Assembly: GCA_000165345.1 (NCBI GenBank)
Contig: CM000431.1
Span: 384,001 to 448,000 of the forward strand
Direction of reading: 5' to 3'
Length of the DNA: 64,000 nt
Numbering within the stretch: the stretch's first letter is position 1; every line of letters starts with the position of its first letter. A model generated the notes under the pieces. That model was not told the DNA's origin and did no database searches. It was given only the letters and a program-made list of their open reading frames with translations. Positions 1 through 10,516 of this stretch are shown piece by piece. Position numbers and translations under genes: made by a program.

Positions 1-1
1 G

Positions 2-2827
2 ATGAGCGAAGAAAAGAGGTTCAAAATTGTAGTTAGACCTTTAAATGGGAGGGATTTAACAGTTGAAGCTTCTCAAACCTCAACAATTCGCCAGCTAAAA
101 GTTCTGATAGAGGTACAGAGCGGGATTGAAGCTATAAACCAACGTCTAATTTTTCGAGGAAGATGTATGCTTGATGATGATACTGTTGGTACATATATTA
201 AAGAGGATGGAGTAATAATACATTTGGTTCCATATGCAAGAAATCAGAGAAATGAAGGCTCAGCTCAACCTGCTTCTGAATCCAGATCAAGAGCTTCGGG
301 AACTGGAGGAAATGCTGCTAACATCCACAACCTTTTTGCTGCAACATCTGGAATACCAGGTTTGAACACATCAATAGGAGGATTTCCTGGTGCAATGATG
401 TTTGGAGCAATTAGATTAGATGGTGAAACAGGTCTTCCCTTGGAAGCTGAAGATTTGATGCAAAGAGTGTTGAGAACTTTTGGAGATGCAGTAAACGGTA
501 ATGGGATAGATCAAAATCTGATGAATATTTCCACAGGAACTGGAGATAACAGAAACTTGGGCTCAGTAACGTTTGATTCATTCGCTGTTGGCCAACCAAC
601 AACAATACCTGGCTTCTCAGGACTTATTTCTAGTACAGAAAGAAGCAATCAGGAGTCTTTATCCTCCAACACTGATGCAAACAGAACCACAACATCCGCA
701 TCAACTGGTGCTACCGCCAATAATTCTGCAAACTCATCCGCTACTGTTACAGGAACTGAAGGTAGGAGAAGCTCAAATACTAATGGTGCCAATATGAACC
801 GTTCTGGAAGCAATACGGACTCTAGGTTAAACAACAACTCAGCACAAGCTCAAGGAAATTTCAGAGGTGGGAACGGAGAAGGTATTAGAGGTGATCCGAT
901 GAATAGCAACCCAATTGGGAGGATTGGGACAATTGTTTCCAGAATTTTCCAGGCCTTTAATCAACCAGTAGGAGAAGGAATCCAGGAAGGAGAAACCAGG
1001 TCTGAAGGCAGAGTTAGTCAGGCTGGAATCGGAAATGGAACTGGGTTGGAAACTGGGGCTAGGGCTGATGTGGGTTCTGGCGCTAACCAGACTGTAGCTT
1101 CTGATAGAACTTCAGGAAACACTACTTCCCAGGATGTCAGGGGGAGAGTTATTTCAAGTCCAGCCTCTGGTCTGAGCTGGACCCAGATTGCATCTTCTGG
1201 GGCTCTGAATACCGGTAGAACAGGTGTACTGCCAATAGGACGTCCAGGTTTAGCAGTTGCAACGATTCCAATCTCTAATTTTTCAATTCCAATTACAATT
1301 AGAGCTACTTCTTCTACGGGGATCCCCTCAATCAATCTTTCTCAGAGCTCAAATACAGTAGCCAGCGTAGCTGCACCCGCCCAGGGGGAGTCAGCCTCTG
1401 CAAGAGCTCCAACAGATACTGGTAGCACTCCATCATCTAATACAAATGTGTCTGAGGCCTATAGAACTTCTTCAAACAATTTCTTTAGGAATATCTCAAA
1501 TGTCCTAGAAGAATCAGCAAATCAGCTACGAACAGTTGCTGCTGGAATCAGAGAAATGAGTGGATTAGAAGGTCCAAGTAGAACTGAACAGAATAGGGAG
1601 GGCTCATCCTCTTCGTCCTCTCTACCTCCAATCCCCTCTAGTGTGAGTAGCAGAAGCATTTCGGGTGAAAATTTGGCTTTGAGTGGCCAGACTTCTGACT
1701 ACATTCAGCACCATTCGCATAGACTTTATATATCTAATGAAGTGGTTCATAGGTTCCTTCCTTGGGACTCTCTTAACGAACTGATGGATATATTGGAGAG
1801 AGATTGTGGATGGAGAAGACCCAGAATTACAATTCCTCCCCCTGTGGATTCTATTGATGCTAGCCCATTGGCAATCTTTATTTCAGTATACCTCCAGGCT
1901 ATGTCAATAGTTCAGTCCAATTTAATGCAAATACAAGCATGGCAAGAGAGGTTTGCCAGATTAGATATCCCAAGACTATGCTATACAGTACATTTACTTG
2001 CGCTTATTTCACATATTTCGGCTCATATTGGCTCACTTTTAGCCTGGCTATTCCAAAATATGGCGCAACATGTCGAACAGGACAGACTTATTGAAGGACT
2101 ACAGTGGAATAGGTCTAGTAATGAAATTGAGAATCCTATAGATATAGTAGAAAAAAGACAAGATACTTCAGAAGAAACTAAAGGAATGGATGTAGATGAA
2201 GAGACTCCATGTGAATTGATTGGAGAAGATATCTTAAATAATGCTAATTTGAATCAAGATAACCAGGATATCAAAGATAATACAGGAAATGTAGCGAAAA
2301 TGTTTGAAAGAGATAGTTCTAGCTTTGGTTTTAATAATGCAAATACAAACTCATCCTCCAATGTGGGCTATGATCAAAACAACGAAGAAATAATAAATAA
2401 GCTTCCTGATGAAATTAGGGAAAAATGGGAAAGATGGACTGGTAATCCACAAAACTTCTCCAGAAATGTTTTTGCCTCATTCTCCACCAGACCCTTCAGT
2501 GATACATACCAACAAGGTGATGTGTTCTCCAGCAGCTCGAGTTTTGGATTCTCCCAACCCTCCAATGAGAATGGAAACACATCAGGTAGTAGAATTAATA
2601 GTCATCCTAGCTCCCAAGAACTTTTGAGAATGATTATTCACCAAACAGAAGCTAATTTGAATATTAGCAGCTCCTCGAATTCTCGTAATTATACTAATAT
2701 TCAGGCTGAATACCGTTCAATGCTAATCAGAGACCTAATAAATATTGCAAGGAATGACTCTGACTTTCTTAATAATCGAAGCAGATTTCCGTACCTACAA
2801 AGAATTATTTCCCTTTTATATGAGTAA
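2..2827 (+). CDS. Ubiquitin-like (UBL) domain protein. It has a long S/T/N/G-rich disordered middle and a C-terminal helical region. A BAG6/Scythe- or ubiquilin-like role is only a guess.
   Basis: ATG at 2-4. Residues about 7-77 (KIVVRPLNGRDLTVEASQTSTIRQLKVLIE...IFRGRCMLDDDTVGTYIKEDGVIIHLV) form a beta-grasp ubiquitin fold. The upstream sequence is cut by the window edge, so the true start is not certain. Confidence 0.55.
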   Translation: MSEEKRFKIVVRPLNGRDLTVEASQTSTIRQLKVLIEVQSGIEAINQRLIFRGRCMLDDDTVGTYIKEDGVIIHLVPYARNQRNEGSAQPASESRSRASGTGGNAANIHNLFAATSGIPGLNTSIGGFPGAMMFGAIRLDGETGLPLEAEDLMQRVLRTFGDAVNGNGIDQNLMNISTGTGDNRNLGSVTFDSFAVGQPTTIPGFSGLISSTERSNQESLSSNTDANRTTTSASTGATANNSANSSATVTGTEGRRSSNTNGANMNRSGSNTDSRLNNNSAQAQGNFRGGNGEGIRGDPMNSNPIGRIGTIVSRIFQAFNQPVGEGIQEGETRSEGRVSQAGIGNGTGLETGARADVGSGANQTVASDRTSGNTTSQDVRGRVISSPASGLSWTQIASSGALNTGRTGVLPIGRPGLAVATIPISNFSIPITIRATSSTGIPSINLSQSSNTVASVAAPAQGESASARAPTDTGSTPSSNTNVSEAYRTSSNNFFRNISNVLEESANQLRTVAAGIREMSGLEGPSRTEQNREGSSSSSSLPPIPSSVSSRSISGENLALSGQTSDYIQHHSHRLYISNEVVHRFLPWDSLNELMDILERDCGWRRPRITIPPPVDSIDASPLAIFISVYLQAMSIVQSNLMQIQAWQERFARLDIPRLCYTVHLLALISHISAHIGSLLAWLFQNMAQHVEQDRLIEGLQWNRSSNEIENPIDIVEKRQDTSEETKGMDVDEETPCELIGEDILNNANLNQDNQDIKDNTGNVAKMFERDSSSFGFNNANTNSSSNVGYDQNNEEIINKLPDEIREKWERWTGNPQNFSRNVFASFSTRPFSDTYQQGDVFSSSSSFGFSQPSNENGNTSGSRINSHPSSQELLRMIIHQTEANLNISSSSNSRNYTNIQAEYRSMLIRDLINIARNDSDFLNNRSRFPYLQRIISLLYE

Positions 2828-3431
2828 TTTTCGCTATTCCAAGGGTGAATATTGCCCTAGTAGAAGAAAATGTCTTCAATTATAGAACATAAATGTTAAG
2901 AGTACTTTTATTACTGTTAAGGCTAGACTTTCCCTTTTTTACTTTCTAGCTTTATCATCCTCTATCTCCTCTTATTATTTTTATTCATGTTTCTATTCCT
3001 TTCAAACATAAATTGAGAAAGCAGCATTAAGCATCAAATCACAATGTGGTTCTTTTTATGGTAATTTTCTTTGTTCCCGCCCAAACATGGGATCACAACG
3101 GTATTAAGTTACATGTAAGGCGGGGTAGGCCTGTCTGATTAATTTGAAATATTAATATAAATAAGAAATAACAAGCATTAGAGGGAATTGAATATTGTAA
3201 TTTAAAAGACCAAATTGAGTTAATTTTTCGATAGAGTTTTGGTTTTAGATAAAAAATTAGATTCAGACTATTTTAGTTGAAGTGTGAAGTGAGAATATTT
3301 CACAGGTTTTTTTTGTGTTTAGCTCGATAATAGTTCAAGGTAAAAAGGGGGGTAGGGGAGCGTTTAGGCTTCAAATTTATAAATATTTGATTTGATACAA
3401 TTTTGGTTGATAAATTTTGGATTTAGCGATT

Positions 3432-4295
3432 ATGGCAGACTATGGGACCACTGAATACTGGGAGGAAAGGTACAAGAAGGACTCAAATCCATATGATTGG
3501 TACCAAAGGTGGGAGAATATGAGGGAAATAATTAAGGAATATTTGAAATTTGATGATAAAATACTTGTTGTTGGCAATGGAACAAGCAGATTACCAGAAG
3601 AAATTTATGATGATGGATATCAAAGCATTGAAGCAATGGATATCAGTACTGTTGCAGTAGAAATTATGCACGAAAGATTTGCCTCAAGAAATATTCCATG
3701 CCAAGTCGGTAATGTTTTAGATATGTATCAGTATTCTGACGATGGTTATGATGTAGTTATTGATAAAGGAACATTTGATTCTATTTTATGCGGTGAAAAT
3801 AGTCACATTAATATTGACACCATGATGAGGGAATTAGTTAGAGTACTAAATTATGACAAAGGTAGATATATATGTATCTCTTATGGACAACCTAATTATA
3901 GATTAAACTACTTGAAATCTATGAAAGAGTGGGAAGTTACCACAATTCCAATTAAAAAACCTGCAAATGACCAGATTTATAAACTTAAAAATTACAATGA
4001 CGAGGATTCTAACTCACAAGAAAATGTGAATATTACAACTTCAACCAGACCAGACTTATACCACTATATATACGTCTGCACAGTGGTTAATAAAAATGTC
4101 CCTGAAATTGGAAATTCCTTGAATTTAAATGATGATGAAAATGGAGATATTAAGACTGATAACGACGTTGAATTAAATGCTGATAATATTCAAGATCCTA
4201 ATAACTTTGAACAAGATCTTGGGGAAAACCAGGAGGATGAGAGAAATGAATTCCAAGTTCCTGATGAGAACAAAGTTCTTGAAAACTCTATTTAG
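3432..4295 (+). CDS. SAM-dependent methyltransferase, EEF1A-lysine methyltransferase 4 / ECE2-N-terminal type.
   Basis: EYWEERYKKDSNPYDWYQRW matches the EEF1AKMT4 N-terminus (EYWDQRY...PYDWF). The ILVVGNGTS glycine loop and DVVIDKGTFDSI match motif post-I and the DKGTLDA motif. The track ORF starts at TTG 3417; the first ATG is at 3432. The C-terminal roughly 100 aa form an acidic/N-rich tail. Confidence 0.7.
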   Translation: MADYGTTEYWEERYKKDSNPYDWYQRWENMREIIKEYLKFDDKILVVGNGTSRLPEEIYDDGYQSIEAMDISTVAVEIMHERFASRNIPCQVGNVLDMYQYSDDGYDVVIDKGTFDSILCGENSHINIDTMMRELVRVLNYDKGRYICISYGQPNYRLNYLKSMKEWEVTTIPIKKPANDQIYKLKNYNDEDSNSQENVNITTSTRPDLYHYIYVCTVVNKNVPEIGNSLNLNDDENGDIKTDNDVELNADNIQDPNNFEQDLGENQEDERNEFQVPDENKVLENSI

Positions 4296-4847
4296 TTTTT
4301 CAAACTATTGTATTGTCTTATAAATCTTCAGCTTTTAAATTTTGGTTAATTTTTTAGACACTTTATGCTTTCGAAAATAGAATAGAAAAAGAATTAGGTC
4401 TTAAATGTTATCATAGATTTCAAAATTCAATTTTAACTTTTCAACCACTATTCATCACTTTTAGCTTCAATATTTTTAGTTAGTAGTAACAATAATTCAG
4501 TAACTCAAACGTTACTCCTCATTATTCCAAAAAATTGTCAATATCACTAATCCTATGAATTTATTTCCTTAATAATCACCTTTTATTCTATCTTATTTTT
4601 TCCTCACATTTTTTCTATTCATAGAAATATATATTGCATGTAATCACTAGACTGTGAAAATTTTAATTCAAATTTATTTCGTTTCATTTTTTTTCCTAAT
4701 AATTTGTAATGTAATATTTTAACTATATCTAAGTATCTGAATACATGATTAAATTCTACAAGGAACATGATCAACCATTAGGCCTCGTTTTTTGGCTCTT
4801 TATCTATGTTCCTTTTCAATAAATAACTAATTATTTTAATCAACAAC

Positions 4848-4864
4848 TTTCGGCGCCAAAAACA
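4848..4864. promoter_or_regulatory. E2F-like box TTTCGGCGCCAAAAAC.
   Basis: A GC-rich GGCGCCAAA core in AT-rich intergenic DNA. This is the same motif class that recurs upstream of most genes in the window. Confidence 0.5.
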
Positions 4865-5308
4865 TGCATTATAACTAAACTAAAAGCATGTGGGGCAGTT
4901 TCTTCCTTGACATTTTTCTGCACAAAATTAATTCATTTCTGTATGGAAAGTCAAAAAAAAAATGAAGTTCATATTTCTGAGAAGATTAAGGGAAGTTTTC
5001 AGACTAATAAGCATCAAAAATAGTTTTAAGTTAATTAATTAAATTTTAATTACCACTTCTTTTTAATTATTGATGGCAATAATTAATACTTAAAATCACC
5101 ATATTAAACTATATTTTAATTTATAGCACACATTGTAAGCCTAATATATTTAGCAGCTTACAATAATTATTCTTTTTTCAAAAAATGCATTAATATGACC
5201 TGATAATAATAATTCAGTCATCTCTCCCATCCCCCTTCTCCCCTCTTTTAATTTTTAAATTAAATTTACGTATTTGATCTATATTTATTCAATAACTAAA
5301 TGAATTGT

Positions 5309-5322
5309 TTTGGCGGGAAACA
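5309..5322. promoter_or_regulatory. E2F-like box TTTTGGCGGGAAAC, about 360 nt upstream of the first IQ-CBM48 gene.
   Basis: Canonical E2F consensus TTTSGCGSGAAA. Confidence 0.55.
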
Positions 5323-5675
5323 ATTCCATGTAAAAATTATTATCGTTGGTCAAAAATACCAAAAGTGAAATAACAGGGTTATGAAAGGCTTGGAAAAAAA
5401 ATTAGTAAAACCATAATTAATTAAATTAATAACAACAGTGTTAATACTTATTTTGTGATATGAACGGTGAGCCAGACGGGTGAAAAATTTACAAAAGTTA
5501 ATTAAGTGAATTAATTAGACGTTTGGACTTAGAAGAGAAAATAATAACATAATAAATAAATAATTACACATTAAATTTTATAGCAAGCAGTTCAAATTAA
5601 ATAGAGACGTGTTAATTAAATTAAAGTATAAATATTTGGGTATATAAAAAGAAAAGGAAAATTAATTAGGAAGAG

Positions 5676-7142
5676 ATGTTGATAAATAATGAGAATGTGA
5701 GGGCAGAAGAAGAGAATGGTCGTAGACCAACAAGAAACGAAACTATTGTCTATAAGATAGTAAATTATATGTCATCTTTAATTGGTGGAATTAACGATAA
5801 TGTGGGTAGAAATAATCCGTGTATTGGTATTTTAAGTCCAATGTCTCCAGTTATGATAACAGATCATGTTAAGACAGTTGGGAATACAATGGTTTTACCA
5901 AGTCCAGAACCAATAATTCAGATGATTCCAAATCAAAATCTAAGGAATAATATGTTCTTTAACGTTTACAGCAATGATAAAAAATATGTTCATAAATTTG
6001 GGCCTAAAGTTACTCCATATACTAATTTGAATAACGGATTATTAGCTATTAATGAAAAAGGAGACCAAATTGTTACTGGAAATATATCACTCATGAGTTC
6101 TCCTACTGATATGTGTTTAAACTCTTCAAGAAATAAATTAATTAATCCTAGTAGTTATTTTTCGAGATTAAGGAATCCAATCAGTGAATGTGGAGGTCTT
6201 GTAAAATCACCAATCAATTCATGTTTTAGTGGCCAAATCAACAAGGCTAATGAGTCATCTATTACTGAAATACTTGTCTCACCTGAACTTGCTCAAACAC
6301 TTCAGCAGATAATTTCAATAATTTCCCACCAAATAGAAATTGATGATTCTGAAAATTTTATTAATATTAATAATATCAAAGGATCTGTCAAGATTAACAG
6401 ATTTCAGAGAATTAACAAGAAAAGTACAATTGGAGGATTAAACTATGCCCTTATGAGTTATTCAGCAAGTATTATTCAAAAACACTTTAGAAATTTTGAT
6501 AATAATAGAATGGTAAGATATATTAATCCAGTTACTAGAAGTAAATTTTCAAAAAATCAAATCATGAATGCAATTCATATTATTCAAAGATATTGGAGAA
6601 TTTATATGTATCGTAACCAGATTATGAGAGAGCTCTTAATAAAAAATGTTATGACTGCTAGAAATGCTGCAAGTTGTAAGATAGCTTCTTTATGGAAAGG
6701 ATATAAAACAAGAAAGTTTATGGATTCTATCATTAAAGATGTGTATATCAAATGGATTTGGAATAATGATGATTCAGCTAATAATAATTGTTCTTCTGAA
6801 ATCAGCAATACTCAAAACTATGAATATTCAAAATATGAAGTTAAGTTAAGAGGATCTTTCACGTGTAAGCCATGGCAAGAACATTTAAAACTTAATTGGG
6901 ACAACCAGGAAAACTGTTTTCTAATTAATATATGTCTCACAAAAGGGGCTCATTATCTCCAATTTATAATTAATGATGAAATTAAAGCTTGTGGGAGTAT
7001 GGAAATTGTTGTTTTACCTATCATTGGAGTATCCAATAAAATCAATATTGTTGGAGAATCCTACAAAAGTTCACGTAAGTTTATTCTACTTTCCTATCAA
7101 CTAACACATTTTTTACTCTTTTTTATTTTTATTTTTCAGTAA
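5676..7142 (+). CDS. IQ-motif protein with a C-terminal AMPK-beta-like glycogen-binding domain (CBM48/AMPK1_CBM-like). It may have a short 3' terminal intron; see the findings.
   Basis: Three IQ-like motifs: IIQKHFRNF, IIQRYWRIYMYR and IASLWKGYKTRK. The C-terminal module KYEVKLRGSFTCKPWQEHLKLNWDNQENCFLINICLTKGAHYLQFIINDE aligns to the AMPK-beta GBD (EVYLSGSFNNWSK...GEHQYKFFVDGQ). The last 22 codons (FILLSYQLTHFLLFFIFIFQ) follow a perfect GTAAGT donor and look intronic. Confidence 0.6.
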   Translation: MLINNENVRAEEENGRRPTRNETIVYKIVNYMSSLIGGINDNVGRNNPCIGILSPMSPVMITDHVKTVGNTMVLPSPEPIIQMIPNQNLRNNMFFNVYSNDKKYVHKFGPKVTPYTNLNNGLLAINEKGDQIVTGNISLMSSPTDMCLNSSRNKLINPSSYFSRLRNPISECGGLVKSPINSCFSGQINKANESSITEILVSPELAQTLQQIISIISHQIEIDDSENFININNIKGSVKINRFQRINKKSTIGGLNYALMSYSASIIQKHFRNFDNNRMVRYINPVTRSKFSKNQIMNAIHIIQRYWRIYMYRNQIMRELLIKNVMTARNAASCKIASLWKGYKTRKFMDSIIKDVYIKWIWNNDDSANNNCSSEISNTQNYEYSKYEVKLRGSFTCKPWQEHLKLNWDNQENCFLINICLTKGAHYLQFIINDEIKACGSMEIVVLPIIGVSNKINIVGESYKSSRKFILLSYQLTHFLLFFIFIFQ

Positions 7143-7423
7143 AGAGAATTAGATCAAATATTCAAAAAATTACTTCAGAAATTCATGTTTAGCTAATTTG
7201 ATATAACTTCCCGCTTTTAAATAAAAACATTTAGACCGAAAACCCATTAATTCACTTATTCTTTGAAAACACCTTATCATAATGCTATCGAATAGGTTTA
7301 CTTAATTAGAAGGAAATTATTTTTGTATTTTAATTGATATTTAATTCTATTCATCTCTTCCTAGTTTCCTACACTTTTATTATTACTCACAATTTACATG
7401 CAAAATAACAACGTTGGCGCCAA

Positions 7424-7443
7424 AATACCCGCCTAATAATGTA
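7424..7443. promoter_or_regulatory. E2F-like double box TTGGCGCCAAAATACCCGCC, about 400 nt upstream of the second IQ-CBM48 gene.
   Basis: GGCGCCAAAA plus an adjacent CCCGCC. Confidence 0.55.
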
Positions 7444-7836
7444 TGCTTTAGACTAAATAACTAGGTCAAATTAAACAAATAATAGTAATTAATACTAAAT
7501 TGATAATATAGAGTGGTAAAAACGTAAAACTCTAATTAAAACGGCTAAAAATAAGGAAATAATTTATTATTAATTTATGATTGTGATCATAATAATAACA
7601 TTTTAGTAGAATTATCACACTTTAAAGATTTATTCAATAAAGCTGGATACTAATTAATAAAATTATTTTTGTAAATTGTGTATTAATCAATTGAGTAAAA
7701 TTTCGTGATCATACTGGTCTAAGCTACTTTTTTGTAATAATAATAATTGTTACTATTAGAATATTTACAAAAGTAAAGCTAATTAAGTAGATTTTTGAAA
7801 AGTAATGGTTAAAGGGACACTACAATACCTTTGAAA

Positions 7837-9795
7837 ATGTTTAGTCGTCTATACAATAGAAACGTGGATAGCAATAATCAAAGCTCTGGTAAATCAAACA
7901 GAATTAGAATCACCTTAAATGACAGAATAAATTCTAGAGAAGCTGCAAAATTTCCAATCACTGAAAGCAGATCTTTTATCAATCATGGAGAAAAAGATGA
8001 TTATTCGGTAGTAAGAAGAAGTAATACTATAGGAAGAATCATACAAAATGGATCTCAGCAAATCTTCTATCCTATAAACCCCAATAATAACTTTACTAGA
8101 CAACAAATGAGAGGTTGTTACAATTCAAATATAGTACAAAATAGTCACTCAAACTTTCAACAAAATGGTTCCATCGATTCTGCTCTCAGTAGCAGGAGAT
8201 CCAATGAGTTTAATACAATTCAATCTTTAAGATCAACATCTGATTTAGCTTCGAAGATTTCGTCAAACGTAGTATTAGCAGAAGATCAGGAACCTAAAAT
8301 AGCTGGAAACAAAGTAAAGTCTATTACATCTTCAATTCCTCTAAATTTAATAGAGAAAGATTCGGCTGAGAGATTAAAATCCTCTGTAAATAGTCAGATT
8401 AATGAAATTGAAGATAGCGAAAATGAAAGACTAAATAGTAATAGAAATAGATATGGACTTTCACTTGATTTATATTCACTTACTGAAGATTCTGCGAGAA
8501 AAATAAAGCCAGAATTGTCAGTTGAATTGGAATGTTCGATTAATGAGACAAGTGAAAATAATGAGGTACTTGTAAGGAGTATTTCATTACAGAAGGAAAA
8601 GTTACCTAATTTGGAGATTTTTCCTTTGGAAACAGTGAATAGCCCAAATTCAAAAAGTAACAATAGAGAAAACTGTCAATTAAGGAGATTTATTGATAAT
8701 AGTGAAATCACTGGATTAATTTCAAAACTTAACAAATCAGCATTTTATTTTGTAAGGTTTAATTTACTTTTACATTTAGCTGCAATAGTTATTCAATGTT
8801 ATTTCAGACGATATCTATGCAAGAAATATCTATATTTCAGAAAATATGGACCAATTAAGCTCTTGAACACTTCTGCAATGCAAATACAAGCATGTTGGAG
8901 AAGTTTTCTGACTAGATTTGGCGCATCTCTGTGTGAAGGGACGCCTTCAAACAATGGAAGTCATAAATGTATAAATGAGTATAATTGGTCGACTCTTCAT
9001 GAGAAGAATTTTACTGAGATTGTTAAAAAAAGAAATCAAAATGCAAAATGCATACAAAATTTCTGGAGAAATATATATTTAAAAAATATCAACATTGAGA
9101 GGGAAATCCTGACAAATTCCATATTCTCAGCTAGAGCTTTAGCTAAAGAGACTATTGAGAAATTCCTTCTTGGTTATTTAGTTAGGAAGAATGCTGATTC
9201 TAGATATAAACTAGTTCCTATTAAATGGAGTTGGAGCGTTCAGGAGATTTCAGAAATCTTCATTTTGCAAAAAATTAGAAACAGATGGTCAGAACCAAAG
9301 AAGATGTGGCTCAATCAGGAGGAAAATGTCTACAGATATAATCTTTTCCTATCAAATGGTATCCATCAAGTTGTATTTAAAGTGTACTATAAGAATAAGG
9401 AGTGTAAAGGAGATCAGGATTACAAGATTTTATGTAATTCATCCTTGGAAACTACTCCAAGTGATGAATTCCAGTTTGTAAACAATATCAGTGTTTACAA
9501 TAATAACTATACTGTTAGTGCTTTCAAGTACATGAGAGATAGAATCTCATACATTAATTTCTCAACTATAAATTATTTGGACAACCTAAACCCCGATATT
9601 ATGCAAAATATTGAGCAGGATCTAGGCTATATTGCATTATCTCCGAGTTACAAGCAGCGCCTTGATATTGAATACTCAGAAACTGAATATGAAAACTCTC
9701 CCTATAAAGAGTTTGACAGAATTAAGAATGATGTAATTAACACTCCAAGTACTAACTTAGACTATAGTCCAGGAACTCAGCACTTTATCCATTAA
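7837..9795 (+). CDS. Paralogous IQ-motif protein with a C-terminal AMPK-beta-like CBM domain. It is a tandem duplicate of the preceding gene.
   Basis: IQ motifs AAIVIQCYFRRYL, AMQIQACWRSFLTRF and AKCIQNFWRNIYLKN. The C-terminal PIKWSWSVQEISEIFILQ...NVYRYNLFLSNGIHQVVFKVYY resembles the AMPK-beta GBD. The track ORF starts at TTG 7831; the first ATG is at 7837. Confidence 0.55.
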   Translation: MFSRLYNRNVDSNNQSSGKSNRIRITLNDRINSREAAKFPITESRSFINHGEKDDYSVVRRSNTIGRIIQNGSQQIFYPINPNNNFTRQQMRGCYNSNIVQNSHSNFQQNGSIDSALSSRRSNEFNTIQSLRSTSDLASKISSNVVLAEDQEPKIAGNKVKSITSSIPLNLIEKDSAERLKSSVNSQINEIEDSENERLNSNRNRYGLSLDLYSLTEDSARKIKPELSVELECSINETSENNEVLVRSISLQKEKLPNLEIFPLETVNSPNSKSNNRENCQLRRFIDNSEITGLISKLNKSAFYFVRFNLLLHLAAIVIQCYFRRYLCKKYLYFRKYGPIKLLNTSAMQIQACWRSFLTRFGASLCEGTPSNNGSHKCINEYNWSTLHEKNFTEIVKKRNQNAKCIQNFWRNIYLKNINIEREILTNSIFSARALAKETIEKFLLGYLVRKNADSRYKLVPIKWSWSVQEISEIFILQKIRNRWSEPKKMWLNQEENVYRYNLFLSNGIHQVVFKVYYKNKECKGDQDYKILCNSSLETTPSDEFQFVNNISVYNNNYTVSAFKYMRDRISYINFSTINYLDNLNPDIMQNIEQDLGYIALSPSYKQRLDIEYSETEYENSPYKEFDRIKNDVINTPSTNLDYSPGTQHFIH

Positions 9796-10083
9796 TATTG
9801 TAATTAACATTTAGTTTTTGGCATATCCACATTTATGATATGTGTAATTTATTAAGTTATTTTTTTCTAAAATATTTGCATCTTTCAAACCTTTATTATT
9901 CCCGCCAGATCTAAATTAGTATTACTTAGGGTAACTAGGCAAAATAATAGAAATTCAAAGTTAAAAAAAATAATAACAAATTATATTAATAAATCAGAAT
10001 TATTAATATATAGCATATGCCTTATAAAAGGTTTTTGTTAATTAAAGCTAGCTGTAATATTAATATAATTGTTTATACTGATC

Positions 10084-10227
10084 ATGGTAGATAATACTCG
10101 AGGAGAAAAAGATCTAACAAGCCTAAATACAAATAATAATGAAGGCTTGGATGGGAGTTCCAACTTCAATTTTGACATTCAGTCATCTCTTTTGGCAACA
10201 AAGAAGGCACTAGATGAGGATATGAAG
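10084..10227 (+). CDS. HYPK-like (Huntingtin-interacting protein K) small protein, exon 1 of 2.
   Basis: ATG at 10084 (the track ORF begins at TTG 10069). The reading frame runs straight into a consensus donor, AAG|GTAAGT, at 10228. NFDIQSSLLATKKAL resembles HYPK EEKEIQSSNLETAMS. Confidence 0.5.
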
Positions 10228-10329
10228 GTAAGTTTGCTAAATAATATTTTTGAAGAGTTTTAGTGATAGCATTGCTGATGCTCTTTAATAATTTAGTTCC
10301 TAGTAATTATCAACTATATGTAAATTTAG

Positions 10330-10512
10330 AATCTAAGCATTGTTAATGTTGACGCGGGAAACATTCAAAAACTTTCACAGTTATTTGATTTATCACTTAC
10401 ACAAGCCGAAAACATACTTAAAGCCAACAACAACAGTGTTGAAAAGTCTATTGACGATTTGTTGTTAAACTTCTCAGATTTCCAAAATTCCAGACTTGAT
10501 TATCAATTTTAG
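10330..10512 (+). CDS. HYPK-like small protein, exon 2 of 2 (NAC-alpha/HYPK-type UBA-like domain).
   Basis: Acceptor AAATTTAG|AAT at 10328-10329 keeps phase 0. The exon is a stop-free 60-codon frame ending at TAG 10510-10512. IQKLSQLFDLSLTQAENILKANNNSVEKSIDDLL matches the HYPK/NAC-alpha C-terminal UBA-like motif (LELIMTEMEISRAAAERSLREHMGNVVEALIAL). Intron length is 102 nt. Confidence 0.5.
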   Translation, partial: NLSIVNVDAGNIQKLSQLFDLSLTQAENILKANNNSVEKSIDDLLLNFSDFQNSRLDYQF

Positions 10513-10516
10513 AATG

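Noticed and set aside
3417-3431. Track ORF 5' extensions starting with M at TTG/GTG/CTG. This recurs at 7831, 10069, 10816, 21830, 25984, 29237, 62209 and 19149.
   Set aside because: The ORF track evidently allows non-ATG starts. Where an in-frame ATG with an A-rich context follows within a few codons, I trimmed to it. At 29237 and 19149 the missing ATG is supplied by upstream exons instead.
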